NCBI GenBank assembly: GCA_964016885.1
Contig: OZ024742.1
Coordinates: forward strand, 272,428,001 to 272,492,000
Source of the DNA: Eledone cirrhosa
Taxonomy: Eukaryota
Direction: 5' to 3'
DNA length: 64,000 nt
The notes beneath the pieces are model-generated. The model was given only the letters and a program-made list of their open reading frames with translations. It was not told the origin of the DNA and made no database searches. Of this stretch, positions 63,921 to 64,000 are shown piece by piece; position 1 is the first letter of the stretch, and every line of letters starts with the position of its first letter. The translations under genes and the position numbers were made by a program.

Positions 63921-64000
63921 GATAGTGTTGACGTGTGCCACTTCGCTGGTAAGTTTTTTGTTAATTTTGTATGCAAAAAACAGGAACATTTTGTCAAAAA

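Overview
This is eukaryotic, AT-rich, repeat-saturated genomic DNA. An animal, probably a cephalopod mollusc, is inferred only from the SINE and Penelope families present. I see no supportable host gene, rRNA, tRNA or CRISPR array. Bases 1-29994 are an almost continuous array of about 12 non-LTR retrotransposon copies or fragments, nearly all joined by short (AAT)n tracts. Two unrelated clades sit in this array with fixed, opposite polarity. R4/Dong-clade elements (RT plus restriction-like endonuclease, two families) are always on +. Tx1/L1-clade elements (ORF1 with CCHC knuckle, ORF2 with APE and RT) are always on -, including one near-intact 5.9 kb copy at 12369-18312. A tRNA-type SINE whose tail resembles the Tx1 3' end also sits in the array. 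After a 200-N gap come two decayed Helitrons and several Penelope-like elements (Naiad-like GIY-YIG). Two of the Penelope-like elements form kb-scale inverted repeats carrying minimal hammerhead ribozymes. The rest comprises a non-coding LTR element, RTE remnants, MITE-like palindromes and long (TA)n runs. All calls come from reading the sequence and the ORF track by eye; no searches or folding programs were run.
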